DNA from: Lingula anatina
Taxonomy: Eukaryota; Animalia; Brachiopoda
DNA: 64,000 nt
Reading direction: 5' to 3'
Assembly (NCBI GenBank): GCA_051362555.1
Contig: CM120640.1
Coordinates: 33,437,967-33,501,966, forward strand
Of this stretch, positions 25,810 to 47,900 are shown one piece after another; within the stretch, counting starts at the first letter, position 1; each line of letters opens with the position of its first letter. The notes under the pieces were generated by a model. It saw only the letters and a list, made by a program, of their open reading frames with translations, was not told where the DNA came from and did not search any database. The translations under genes and the position numbers were made by a program.

Positions 25810-28796
25810 AACAAGGCAGCAAAGCTGTCAAATGTACAGACAAAAAACAGGAAATAACTATGCACAAAATAGGCTACTGTCAATTCTGATGCAAAAGAAC
25901 ATTATGTTAAACTGCAAATTCAACATCAAATTTTAATTATCCTCAACAGGTAATACCAATGTAATTAAAATATGTGACAAGTTTACACTTTGAAAATGTA
26001 TAACTTCCAGAAAAAGAAGTCACTTAGACTGCTTTTCCAACTCAGACTGCATTTTAGTCCTGTATTTCTTTTTTGAAAGTTTGGCAATCATAAGTAACAT
26101 GGTTTTCCCATAATGGTCATCATGGCAGCAGCACCCAAAATTGTGTTTTCTTCTATTCTGATGCCATATTACATAATGGTTAACAGCATAATGACCGTCA
26201 ATTTTTAATAATAAAATATACGTATCATGGATTTTCAGAAAATGTGACTAGCATGGGTCTTCAAGCCCGTGGAACTTCAAAGTCACACCTTGAAAATGCC
26301 AATATGTGAAAAATTTAATTTTCACAAAATAACTGTTTAACTGGCAGTAAGAATTACCAAACAGACTGTATTTCCTACTGAAGCTGTATTTTAGTCCCAT
26401 GTTTCTTTCCTGTAAGTTTGAGAACAATAAATGACGTGGTTTTTCTTAAATGGTCTTCATGGGAGCAGTGACGAAAATAGTTTTTTTTTCAAATTTTGAT
26501 GCAATATTACATAATGTTTAACAGCATAATGACCATCAATTTTAATAATAAAATATTAGTGTTATGGATATTCAGTAAATGTGACTAGCAAAGGTCTTCA
26601 GGCCCATGGAACTTCAAAGTCACAACTTGAAAATGCCAAAATGTGAAACAAGACAGCAATGTTCTGAAATGTTTTTTTTTTCCATTTTTAACCATTTTTA
26701 ACATAAAACAAAATTAACAGTTTACTGCCTTTTTTTTATATGATCAACTAAGAAAATTGATGAGATGGGAAAAATATCAATAGAACAGTGTTAAATGTCC
26801 AATTTCTTCCATTCTGAGATTCTGAACATAGTGAATGATTTATTTCCATTTTTAACACTTTTTTAACATAAAACAAAATAAACAGTTTACTGCAATTTTT
26901 ATATGATCAACTAAGAAAATTGATGAGATGTGAAAAATATCAATAGAACAGTGTTAAATGTCCAATTTCTTCCATTCTGAGATTCTGAACATAGTGAATG
27001 ATTGAATCTGACAAACTGCAATAATATGAGTTTATTTCCATTTTTGAAACTTTATTACACAATACACGATAACAAGTTTACCATCATTTTACATAATCAA
27101 CTAATAATGTTGTAAAATTGCAGGAAATGCCAAACAAACACTTTTACGTATCTTATTAGTTCAATAATGAAACTGTTTACATGCCTAAGAATTGAATCTG
27201 AGGAAATGTGAAAAAACTGCATTTCTTTAAAATAATGGCCCGATTATGCTGATTTTTGAACTCAACCTGCGTTTTAGCAGGAATGACCACTCCTGTGAGT
27301 TTAATGACAATTGGCCTATCTGTTTTTCTTATATTGTGTTTACAGTGTTGCATATATGCTGAAAAGTGAAAAAAAAAGCATAACTTCTACATTAATGGCC
27401 CGATCATGCTGATTTTCGAACTTGGCCTGCATTTTATGAATATTCATCAGCTCTGTAAATATACAGCCAAAAAGTAAAACTGCCTTCCACTTATCGTGTT
27501 TACAATGAAAGTGCATGGCGCCGGCGCCAGTGACGGCGACGACGGCGACGACAGACGCAGGTGATGGCAATATGTACAGACACATCTCTACATATTAACT
27601 GTACTGTTTTAGAACAGTATGTGACATGGTTTTTCTTAAATGGTCATCATGGGAGCAGTGCTCAAAATAGGTTTTTTTCAAATTTTGATGCAATATTACA
27701 TAATGTTTAACAGCATAATGATCATCAATTTTTAATAATAAAATATTAGTATCATGGACAAATAGTAAACGTGACTTACAAAGGTTTTTAGGCCGATGGA
27801 ACTTCAAAGTCACACCTTAACAATGCCAAAATGTAAACAAGACTGCACTGTTCTGAAATGGGTTTATTTCCATTTTTAACACTTTTTTTAACATAAAACA
27901 AAATTAATAGGTTACTGCCATTTTTATACGATCAACTAAGAAAATTGATGAGATGTGAAAAATATCAATAGAACAGTGTTAAATGTCCAATTTCTTCCAT
28001 TCTGAGATTCTGAACATAGTGAATGATTGAATCTGACAAACTGCAATGATATGAGTTTATTTCCATTTTTGACACTTTATTACACAATACACAATAACAA
28101 GTTTACCATCATTTTTACATAATCAACTAACAATGTTGTAAAGATGCAGGAAATGTCAAACAAACACTTTTATGTATCTTATTAGTAAAATAATAAGACT
28201 GTTAACATGCCTAAGAATTAAATCTGAGGAAATCTGAGGAAATGTGAAAAAACAGCATAACTTCTAAAATAATGCCCCGATTATGCTGATTTTCAAACTC
28301 AACCTGCGTTTTAGTAAGACTGACCATTCCTGTGAGTTTAATGACAATTGGGCTTTCTGTTTTTCTTATATTGTGTTTACAGTGTTGCATATATGCTGAA
28401 AAGTGAAAAAACCGCATAACTACTAAAATAGTGGCCCGATCATGCTGATTTTCGAACTTGACCTGCGTTTTAGTAAGATTGATTACTCCTGTGAGTTTCA
28501 TGACAACAGGCCTAACGGTTTTCCTTAAAATGTGTTTACAAGGTTGCATATATGCTGAAAAGTGAAAAAACAGCATAACTTCTACAATAATGGCCCGATC
28601 ATGCTGATTTTCGAACTTGACCTGCGTTTTATGAATATTCATCAGCTCTGTATATATAAAGCCAAAAAGTAAAACTGCCTTCCACTTATCGTGTTTACAA
28701 GGAAAGTGCACGGCGACGGCATCGGCATCGGCGACGGCGACGACAGACGCAGGTGATGGCAATATGTACAGACACATCTGTGTCTGTACATAAAAA
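25810..28796 (-). mobile_element. Non-autonomous Helentron (HINE-like) element B, composite of about 1.7 units
   Basis: Same termini as element A: AACAAGGCAGCAAAGCTGTCAAATGTACAGACA at 25810 and a full hairpin at 28763-28792. There is a second, damaged hairpin end inside at 27571-27595, and 159-bp repeats start at 28245, 28404 and 28563. Confidence 0.8.
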
Positions 28797-29119
28797 GGGC
28801 TTTAGTTTAATATGAAGTAGAGTGTATGGTGTATAATGTGGTGTTCTCTTACAGCTACTAAGTTAGTAGTAAAATATCCATACACCAAATACTGCATCTT
28901 ATAGAACTTTAAACAAATTGACATCTTTATCTAATCAAGGCTTAGTGCACAAGTACCAAATAAATTACCACCACAGTCAATGAAACTGGGTCAAATACAT
29001 ATTTGTCCCATCGATTAGCAAAGTGGACTGCCAATCACCAAGTTATCATAGGATTTTAACTGATATCTGGACATTATGCTAGTTTTAGGAATACCAATTA
29101 CTGTAACCATGTTAGATTC

Positions 29120-29398
29120 CAGGCCTGTAGGCTAGGAGGGGGAGGGGGGTACATTGGGGTGGGGTTGGGGGTGGGGGTACGGGTTTTGGGGTGGAGATGG
29201 GGCTTGTGGGGTGAGCTCCTGGGGTTTGTTTTTTTTTTTTTTTTTTTTTTTTTTGGCCCCTTCAAAAAAGGTTCACTCTGAACGAAAATTTGATATAGGT
29301 TATATGTTATTTCTTAGGCAGTACTGATGGTTATGCCTGAAAAGGGGACCACTTTTCCAGAAAAACAACCCGCCTTGAAATTGCTGGCTTATAGTCTG
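29120..29398. mobile_element. Possible degenerate MITE with a G-rich core and poly-T, downstream of the PI4K2 stop
   Basis: Weak inverted ends CAGGCCTGTAGGCTAG / CTGGCTTATAGTCTG around G-runs and a T tract. No clear target-site duplication. Confidence 0.35.
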
Positions 29399-29496
29399 GG
29401 AAACGGTTAACAAAATGAAGAGTTACTGTACATGCTAGTCTGTATTTTAGTATCACAAAAGTTTTCGGTCTCTCCATCTAAAGCTGTTGTTATCAA

Positions 29497-38550
<9,054 letters not shown>

Positions 38551-38917
38551 TGATAACCGTCTTAGACTTCCTTTGAAGTAGCCTTCTGTCGCCACAAAAT
38601 AGTCATCGACATCCAGCGTCTTTTTTCAAAAATGAAACGAATGATACTATCATGTAATTATTGACAATGATGACCAAGGAAAGTCAGGTGCACATTGACA
38701 CGGAGTCAGTCTGTTTGTGCCCGGTTTTTTGTAGTTTCGAAAACTGTGAAAGTTGCGATTTTCATATGATTAAGATAAAAAGTAAGAAAAAAATTGTAAG
38801 TTAAAAATATCTCGAAATGTAAATTTTTTATGATTTATTCTATTTCTGGACAAATAATAATGCGCGAAACTAATAAAGCTAGCCTTAATTTTTCATAGCG
38901 AGACCAAAGCGTGCACA
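38551..38917. promoter_or_regulatory. Bidirectional promoter shared by PI4K2 and TCERG1
   Basis: Divergent start codons are only about 370 bp apart. An E2F-type site GCGCGAAA lies at 38862-38869. Confidence 0.7.
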
Positions 38918-41900
38918 ATGGCGGAGTCAGAGGAGCCGCAGCCGCATAACATGCAAAATGAGGATCAAGACATGCACAGTGACAATAGGATGGACGATAT
39001 TAAGATCAACAGATACCCAACTAATCCAACAAGGGGGAGAGGTTTCTTTAGGGGACCAAGGTATGGCAAAAAGTAATTTTCTCCACACCTCAGTGAAAAG
39101 GCTGAAAAATTAAAATCCCAGGGGCCGGGATTTTAAATAAGCTATTTTAATTTGTAGTCTCATTTCATTTTCTGATATTTGAATAAGAAAATTGCATTTG
39201 ATTTCAAGGAAAACAAAAGTTATGAATTCTCTTTGAGAAATGCAATGGAATTAACTTCAAAAGAGCCATAATATTATGGTGCAGGCAGTATGAGGATTAT
39301 TGATTTTGATTAATTGAAATGTCATGAAAGAAAAGAAATTAATTTTCCTAGGAATTTTTTTTCAAATGCAGGGAATACTGATTTTGGTTGATTGAAATGA
39401 CATAAAAATATGAGAAATGAACTTTCCTAGCATAATAACTTTTTTCTAATGCAGGCCGCCACCATTTGGAAGAGGGCCTCCTCCACCACGTTTCCGAGGT
39501 CCCCCAGGTCCACACATGAGAGGGCCACCTCCCCCTCACATGAGAGGACCTCCACCCCCAGGTATGAGGCCACCACCCAGGCCCCCCTTTGGAAGACCTC
39601 CATTTGACCATTATGGACCTCCACCTGGAATGGGGCATCCTCCAGGGATGGGTCCACCTCCACCCCCAGGCATGCCACCACCGCCAGGCATGCACCCACC
39701 TGGCATGGGACCACCGAGGATGCCACCACATGGCATGGTATGGTTTATATATATTCACCGAGAAACTTAAGCTAGGTTATATAATTATTGGATACAGGTA
39801 AAATTTAAAGCATTTTAATCGGTGCTGTTGTAGAATTATTTTGAGAATTGTGGAAAATAAGGGGAAACTATGCAGGAATATCTTACACCAAAACACAATT
39901 GAATAAAAAAAGAGACTATGAAGACAAAATTATGCTCTTTTTTTTATCTTGTAGGGACCCCCTCCCATGATGCCACCACCAGGCGTTCCACCTCCAAACT
40001 TCTCAGTGCCGCCACCAGGGTTTGGGTCTGGAGGGGACCAGAACAGTGGACAAGAAAACCAACAAAATGCTGATGGTTCACAAGAACTGTGGGTGGAAAA
40101 TAAGACACCAGAAGGAAAGGTATGAAAAATATTTTTTGAGTCTTTGTGACTGACTTATGGAAAATGGGTTCAGTATCAATTTTAACTGATTGAAAAAATG
40201 TTTTAGTGTTTGTCAAGAGATTAAAAATAGGTTGCTTAAACATGCTGTATTATTCTGTATTTCAGTTGGATAATATAGTTGACAGTAAAGATTTTACATT
40301 TAATTATTTCATTTCAAGGTCTACTACTACAATGCCAGGACTAGGGAGTCCGCATGGACCAAGCCAGAAGGAGTGAAAATCATCACGCAGACAGAAGTGG
40401 AAAGTATGGCACAGCAAGCTCAGCAAGGCAGTACGGCACAGCCTGCAGCTACTGCAACACAGCAGTCAGGGGCTACCAGCACTGCAGCTGATACTACCAT
40501 AGCACAAGGTGGGGGAACCATTGATATGGAAACTATTAAAACTGATGTTCACAACTCAAAATTTTGATTTTTTGAGAGAGCTTTTGGTCATTACCCATGT
40601 GAAAATTTTTCAAACCCTCATCTGGAGTCAATAAAAAACTATTAAATCAACATCTTAATCATTTCCCATTTTTAGTTAGTCGTGGTATATTGGTAACATT
40701 ATACCCTATAGGTTATCTTCTTTTAAAGTGATGTGGTTTAAAGAAGCTGTTTTATTTTTCCAGCTCAACCCAGTACCCCAGGTCACGTAGCTGACCAGCA
40801 GCAAGTTCCACCCCACCAGGCCAGTGACCAGACCAATGCCCCACCTCATGGACATGGCTTTCCCCCTCCTGGGTTTCCACCTATGGGAGGTCCAGGTGGG
40901 CCTGGCATGATGAGACCTGGGGGGCCACCTGGGATGCCACCTCCAGGTAAAATACTTTCCTTTACCTATACTACTATAATTTTCATTCAGTACTGTTTTT
41001 CACTGTAAGTAGATATTTAGTTGTCTGTTAAGAGAGTACACTTGTTTATTGTTATGCTATTTTTCTCACTGAGGTAATAAGTCAGATGTGTTGGTATGAA
41101 AAAAAAAACCCCTGAAAATAAGATGTAAGAAATATACTTCTGGAGATATTTTAGAGGTTGTTAGTATGAAATTTCTGTGTCAGAATTTAATATAGTAAGG
41201 AATAAAAATTGAAAAGTACTGGCAAGTGTGTTCTTTTCCTCCTTCAAGGTATGTTTCCTCCTGGGTTTAATCCTGGAATGATGCCACCCCCAGGGTTTGG
41301 TCACCCCATGATGCAGCAGCCACCTCCAGGGCAAGGACAGCCACAGGTAAATAAAATGCAGGTTTATCACATGTGTACAATACAGTTAATTTTCAACACT
41401 TTACATCTTCTGTATACTTGAGATTAGCTGCTTTGTCTGATTTTGTCTGGGCAAAAGTTACAAGAGTTTTTAAAGGATCATTCAGATAATGCAGCCCAAG
41501 CAGTTGTTGCATTATATATATATATTTCAACATACATTTGCTATTATTCCTGTTAGGCTCAGAAGCCACCAGAGGTTGCAGAATGGTCTGAACACAAAAC
41601 AACTGATGGTCGGTCCTATTTTTACAACTCTCACACATCTGAGTCTACTTGGGAAAAACCAAAGGCGTTGCAAGACTGGGAAGGTAAAGAATGATAAATG
41701 TTTGAGCTAATGTTGATGAGGAATGTTATTTGTTATGCCCTTGTAAATTTCTAAAATGTGAATTTACAAAATGTCATTGTGGAATTATAACTTTGTCTAC
41801 TTTGAAATTTGTTTTCAAGATTTTATAAGGAAAAAAAAAAAACTCTCATCAAATGCATTCTGAGACTGATTGTATTGCACTTGTTTCTTGTTTCAGAATC

Positions 41901-44900
41901 CCAAAATGCCGCTGCTCAAGCCGCCCCAGCAGCTGCTGCAGCAACCCCTGAGCAGACGACAGTCCAGACTAATGGTGGTCAGGAGATGGTGGCTATGAAT
42001 GGAGGTCAGGAAGTTGAGACGGCCATGGAGGCTGAGGAGAGCCAAGAAGAGGAAAGATCAGAAGAGGTCTGAAAAGATTATCATTTATTTTTATTTTATT
42101 TTTGGGGGGAGGTTATATCATTGTAGTTATCATGTGATTATTGTAGCATGTTATTTAAATTTGAAGTTTTAATTGGCCCTGTTCTTCCTAGAAGGAGGAG
42201 GAAGAAGAGACTATGACGGAGGAACAGAAAGCTGCAGAGAAAGCCAAGCCCATTTCCAGCACCCCTGTCCCTGGAACACCTTGGTAAGATTGTGAAATAT
42301 TCCCTTTTTTACTCTAAGAAACTCAAGATTGCCTAAAGATGAAGATTTGAATAATAGGATTTTTAACTTGCACCTAATAGGTATAAATTTGGAAGTAAAT
42401 GGATCTTCGCAATACTTCCACACAATACTCTCACATCATAATCAAACCAGTGACTTTCAGATTGAGGCTTTGATGCTTGACATTGCTTTTGATGTTCCAG
42501 GTGTGTTGTTTGGACTGGTGATGGTCGGGTGTTTTTCTACAACCCCAGTCAGAGACAGTCTGTTTGGGAGGTACCAGAGGACCTGCAGGGAAGACAAGAC
42601 GTGGAGAAAATGATTCAAGGGCCCCCAGATGAGTCTGATGCTGGCAAAGGGGACGCATCATTAAGTAAGAGTATTTTTCCATTTGTGAAACTTGTCGTAT
42701 GTATTGTGATGAACTGAGTGAATCACATTTAGTTAAACTGAGCACCAGTTTGTTGTATTCTTAATCTTTTGATGGGTATTTGTTTTAGGCGAAAAGATAA
42801 AATCTTTTAAACAAATTATGGAGAAATGGTATAGTTAATTGCTTTCTCTCACTCTGATAGATGAATGAGTTTGTTAATACTACCTTATGAACTGATAGGC
42901 TGATATTTAATCTGCTCTTTTCCATAGGCAAAAAGCAGAAGTCAGAATCAAATGAGGAAGAACCAAAATCAAAAAAGAAAAAGTAAGTAACCGAGTTCAA
43001 TAACATGTCTGTTTAGCTTTTCAAGAATTCTGAAAGTGAAAAGGAAAGTTTAAAAATTCAAATATAATTCTAAATAAGATTTGAAATTTTGGCTTTAAAA
43101 GTGGAATTTTGCTTCAGAGTCGAGAAGGAGGAGCCACAGGAGCAAGTGCCTGTCAAGCAGGAGAAGGAACCAAAGAAGATAGATGCTGGAAAGGAGGCAG
43201 CCATTGAGGCCGAGGTGAAAGCTGCCAGGGAGAGAGCCATCATTCCACTGGAGATCAGGATGAAGCAATTTAGAGACATGCTGGCAGAAAAGGAGGTGAG
43301 CACTGATACCAGTTTTTTGTCTGATTGGTTTACACATTTTTCCAGAAGCCTACGTCATTAATGTGGTTATATTATCTAGGACATATGTCATTTCATTTCT
43401 TATTGAACCATTGGCCCTTTTCACAACAAATCATTATTGAGCCTCATAGATATCGTCTGTTTATATTGGGTGAAACAACAAGTGAAATTCAGACTTAATA
43501 CTGTGCTTGTTTCCAGGTTTCTGCATTTTCCACATGGGAAAAGGAGCTTCACAAGATAGTGTTTGACCCTCGCTACTTGTTGTTAACATCCAAGGAAAGG
43601 AAACAGGTGTTCGACCAATATGTGAAGGAGCGCGCAGAAGAGGAGCGACGCGAGAAGAGGAACAAGCTGAAGGAGAAAAAGGAACTTTTCAGGCAGCTAC
43701 TAGAGGAAGCTAAACTGCATGGAAAGTAAGTTTACAATGAAAAATGTCAGTGGGTTTTTATATTCATTTTTGTCTTGACAGTATTTGTTTAAAAGTTACA
43801 GTTTACAGTTAGATTGGATTTATTTGGGAATCCAAGTGATATTTACTTATCTGTTTGTCAAATTGCTTCTATTTCAGGTCTTCCTTCAGTGACTTTGCTT
43901 CAAAGTATGGGAAAGATGAGAGATTCAAAGGAATAGAGAAGATGAGGGAGAGAGAGGCACTATTCAGTGATTATGTGGCTGATCAAAGAAAGAGGGAGAA
44001 AGAAGAAAAATCATACCAAAAGGAAAAGGTAGGGACAGGTGACAGGTCAACGTTTTTTGTGAGAAATAGTTAAATGATTTTATATTTTACCTTGAAACTT
44101 GTAAGGTAATGTTTACAGTTGAAATGTGTGAATTATAACTTGTAAAGTAATGTTTACAGTTGAAATGTATGAATTATACCTTTATTAGATGACCATTAAA
44201 CATATATGCTGTAACAGACAACTTTCAATATTGGATCATTTGAAATCTAATAAGTTCTGTATGAATAGTGTAATATTTTGAAGTAAAACATTTGTATGTT
44301 TTGAATTAAATGAATCACTTTTGCACATTAAAATATTGTAACTAATGAATAGAATTTGTTTCAGACTGTCGGGGTAGATTCACATATTCTTGAAATATTT
44401 GCAAAAATCATATTAACAAAAATGAATTCCAAAATATTTTCTAATTGTCTTCTTTTTTTAATTTGGAATTTTTGATTATCGATGAATATAACACTATGCT
44501 CATATTCAGGAATATGTAGGCCTACATAAAAATTTGTTGCTTTGATTTAATACTTGCTATGTAGATATAAATCTGACTTAATATATATTTGTCTTTTTAA
44601 AGTTTATTGTTGACATCTGTTGTTTCAGCATTTGAATACTTTTCAGAGTGTAATTGCAATACATGTATAAAATTTAGTAAAGAGATTTATCATTTTACAT
44701 TTTTTTTCATTTGTATTATTTTTATACAACAGCACAGTTAAAAGTAAATTCCAAGATTTTAGATAAAGTAAATTCTGTTTTAAGTAAAAGGGTACATAAT
44801 TTTACAGTAATTTCATTTTCTTAATAATACAGTTATTAGCATAATTTTTTGCCTAAATTCCTTCATCAGCATTCATTCTTAGCTAATGCCAGCCTATTCC

Positions 44901-47900
44901 TATACCTTTTCAAACCGAAGAGCACCATACAGTTGTTAGGCGAAGGCAGTTGAAATCAGCCATCATTTTGTGAAGGCGTGCATTGCAAATAACACAGCAA
45001 GCCACTTTGAAAGCTCAGATGCAATAATTGCCGATAAAGGTTGATACATACCGGTATTTTGTGTTATCTAAGTAGTATATTTTTCCTGAATTGTTTTGAT
45101 AAAATGGTCATGAAATAATGCACACTAGTGTATTTGTAAGGTTGAGTAGTATTTTGATATCATTAAATGGGAAATTTGATACTTTTGATACGTGCACAGT
45201 GTGGGTGCTTTTTTTGAAATTTTCTTTGTTATTCAACTTCATTTCATCTTAAGCGTCTAAAGTTTAATGCAATTTGGTTTGTTTTCTGAAAAAAAAAATG
45301 GGTGTTGATGAATTAAAAGAGTTCAAAGTCTTGAAGTGGAACTCGCCACTTGTAAGATTTGGAACAAAGCAAACATTTTGATCAATTCGCAACAGCTATA
45401 GATGAGACGAAGTTATGGTAATTTATGTGTATTTGTATTCCTGGATGATTAAAAAGAAGTTTTTATGCAATTAGAATTGTAGAGATATTCTGATAAAATG
45501 ACTGGCTGTATCATGTTTCACTAGAGATGTTGCAGATGGCTGCTGCAAGTTTCAAATTTGTCTACTTTAAGGGGGATGGGGGGGGGCTACCTTTGAATTT
45601 TTGCCTTGAAATGGAAAACGAAGTTTTAAAAAGAAATGTGATTTTCTATTAGATGTTAAAAAGCTGGGGTTTGTAGTGAGGGCATCTAGCCCCATGATTA
45701 AATATTGTGAATTTCCAAAATGTTTTAGGTTTGCTGTTTTATACATTACTATCTGTTGGCTTGCAGGTAGTCATCTGGAACCTAGGTGAACTGCCAATGG
45801 GTTCATAAAAATATAATGGCTACATAAAGATTGTTTAATCTAAAATATATAAATACTTTTATAATATTTTTCATAGCAATACTTTATTTTACATCTTAAC
45901 AAGAAGAATTAAAGTAAGCGTTAGCAGTTTAGATTGTAATACTCACCATATAAGTTAAAACATGATTATAATAGTTAAACACTTTGTTGTAGTGAGGTAA
46001 AAAAAAATGGACATAAAATGTAACTTTTATACAGCAATCTATTATAAATCTTACGCCACCATTTTTTCATTTCTCTTCTTCATATCACAAGTGCTTTACA
46101 TTGTGACTCTTGTTATGCAGGGACCATTGTTATAAATGGGCAGCTTATAAGAAGCTCTTCCTTTTCAGATCTCTGGCTGTTGTTCTGGCAAATGTTCTAT
46201 TTATCATTGGTTTCAAAATGATTGTCTCTGTGTGATCCTAAAAATGGTAATATTTGGCCACATCTCTGCGGTGTTGGCTGAGAGTCGAGAAGTCTGCAGG
46301 AAAATGCAGATGACACTTTGGTCAGATTACAGATCTGATTAATAAAATCACGTTAATCAGATTTGTTTGCACTGCAGAGGAGAACACAGTTTTCTTGTGT
46401 CAAAATTTCTTGAACAATTCCAACCCCTTCCTACCTCTTTTTCAACACAGGGACAGTACTTAACTAATTATAATCAATTTCAGGTTTAGCAGATAGGGTG
46501 ATTTTATATCCTTTCTAACACAATTTCCCCATTTTTCAGCTCAAGGCTGACTATATCCAGCTCCTGAAAGAAACCACAGAAATTGACTCTCGCTCACGTT
46601 GGAGTGAGACCAAGAAGAAAATTGAGTCGGATCCTCGTTATAAAGCAATAGACAGCAGTTCTCGTAGAGAAGATTGGTTCAGGGACTATGTCAAAACCCT
46701 GGAAGAGGTGAGTATTTTAGGTACTCCAAGTGAACTTTTGAATCATGATGTCTTGTATTATTTTGTGAAGTTAAAATAGCACAGCCCTGTTTTTGTAATG
46801 GATAATCTTGGCACAACCTTAAACAAATGTGACCACGTCTTCTTGCAGGAATCTGATGAGGAAGAAAGGGAAAAAAGAGAAAAGCAGGAAAGAGTTGAAG
46901 CTAGCATTAGAAAACGCGAGGAAGAAGTTCAGAAAACCCTATCCTCGTCCCTGCGAGAACGCGACAAGGAAAGAGAGCAACATAAAAGGGATGAATCAGT
47001 GCAGAGTTTCAAAGCTTTGCTGTCGGACTTGGTAAGACAAAGTTTGTAATTTACGTTGTCATTTGGTCACAAAATGGATCAAGTTATCACAACTTAAGAA
47101 GTTTAGATATTGCCATATTTATGAGAGAAAACTGATATTGTACGTTATTTGAGGGTGAAGTTTGATTTTGAATGGTTACTACAAAAGGTACTTTGAGTCA
47201 TCTCACTATTTGTGAATGTCATATTTTATGATTTCTCTCTTTTTCTGTTTTTACATAGGTTCGCAACTCGGACGTGTCTTGGAGAGATGCCAGGAAGACA
47301 CTGAGGAAAGATCATAGATGGGAGGATTGTGAATCCATTGAACGTGATGAAAAAGAGAAGATATTTGAACAACACATTGAAGCTTTGAATAAGAAGAATA
47401 AGGAGATGTTTCATAAGCTGTTGGATGAAACCACTGAGGTATAAAGATGGAATTATTGAATGTAAAAATGAATTTCATATATTATTATCTTGTAATGACA
47501 GATCACAGTTCATACTTGTAGTTAGTTATATTGTTTTAACATGGGATACGTATCACACATTTTTATACAGTTGATGATGATTTTTATTCCTATTTCTTCA
47601 AGGTCAACTTATCGTCCACCTGGAAGGAAGTGAAGAAATTGATCAAGGAGGATCCCAGATATACAAAGTTTTCTTCCAGTGATAGGGTAGGTACAGACAA
47701 GTTTTCTCTTTAACTCTTGTTCTCAAAGTAGAGCCTAAAGATTTAAAATTTTTCATTATGTCCCATCAAAAAGTTTTCTGTATGTCATGATGTTTTTGCA
47801 CATTTTATATTTTAGAAGCGGGAAAGGGAATTTTGTGAATTTATCCATGAGAAGTATGTCCAGGCAAAGACTGATTTCAGAGAGCTGCTGAAAGAGTGCA

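Noticed and set aside
28211-28777. 188-aa ORF with 53-aa repeats, and related ORFs 27340-27585 and 24966-25211
   Set aside because: By-product of the 159-bp repeat unit (a multiple of 3) in the HINE-like elements. The copies differ in frame and length, and there are no Rep or helicase motifs.
23403-28796. Repeat array considered as CRISPR-like
   Set aside because: The units are long tandem repeats without unique spacers, the context is eukaryotic, and there are no cas genes.
38551-38595. GTG-initiated N-terminal extension of PI4K2 in the ORF track
   Set aside because: Artefact of bacterial start-codon rules. The first in-frame ATG is at 38550.
39348-39758. Trp/Arg/His-rich antisense ORFs
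   Set aside because: Reverse-strand shadow of the Pro-rich TCERG1 exon.
42705-42745. Possible box C/D snoRNA (GTGATGA...CTGA) in a TCERG1 intron, and a similar C box near 48246
   Set aside because: The spacing is too short or the D box is missing, and there is no convincing terminal stem or recognisable guide sequence.
46506-46520. ATATCCTTT resembling a U12 5' splice site near a TCERG1 acceptor
   Set aside because: It is a single copy overlapping the likely branch point and pyrimidine tract, and no matching U12 3' site was identified. Chance is plausible.
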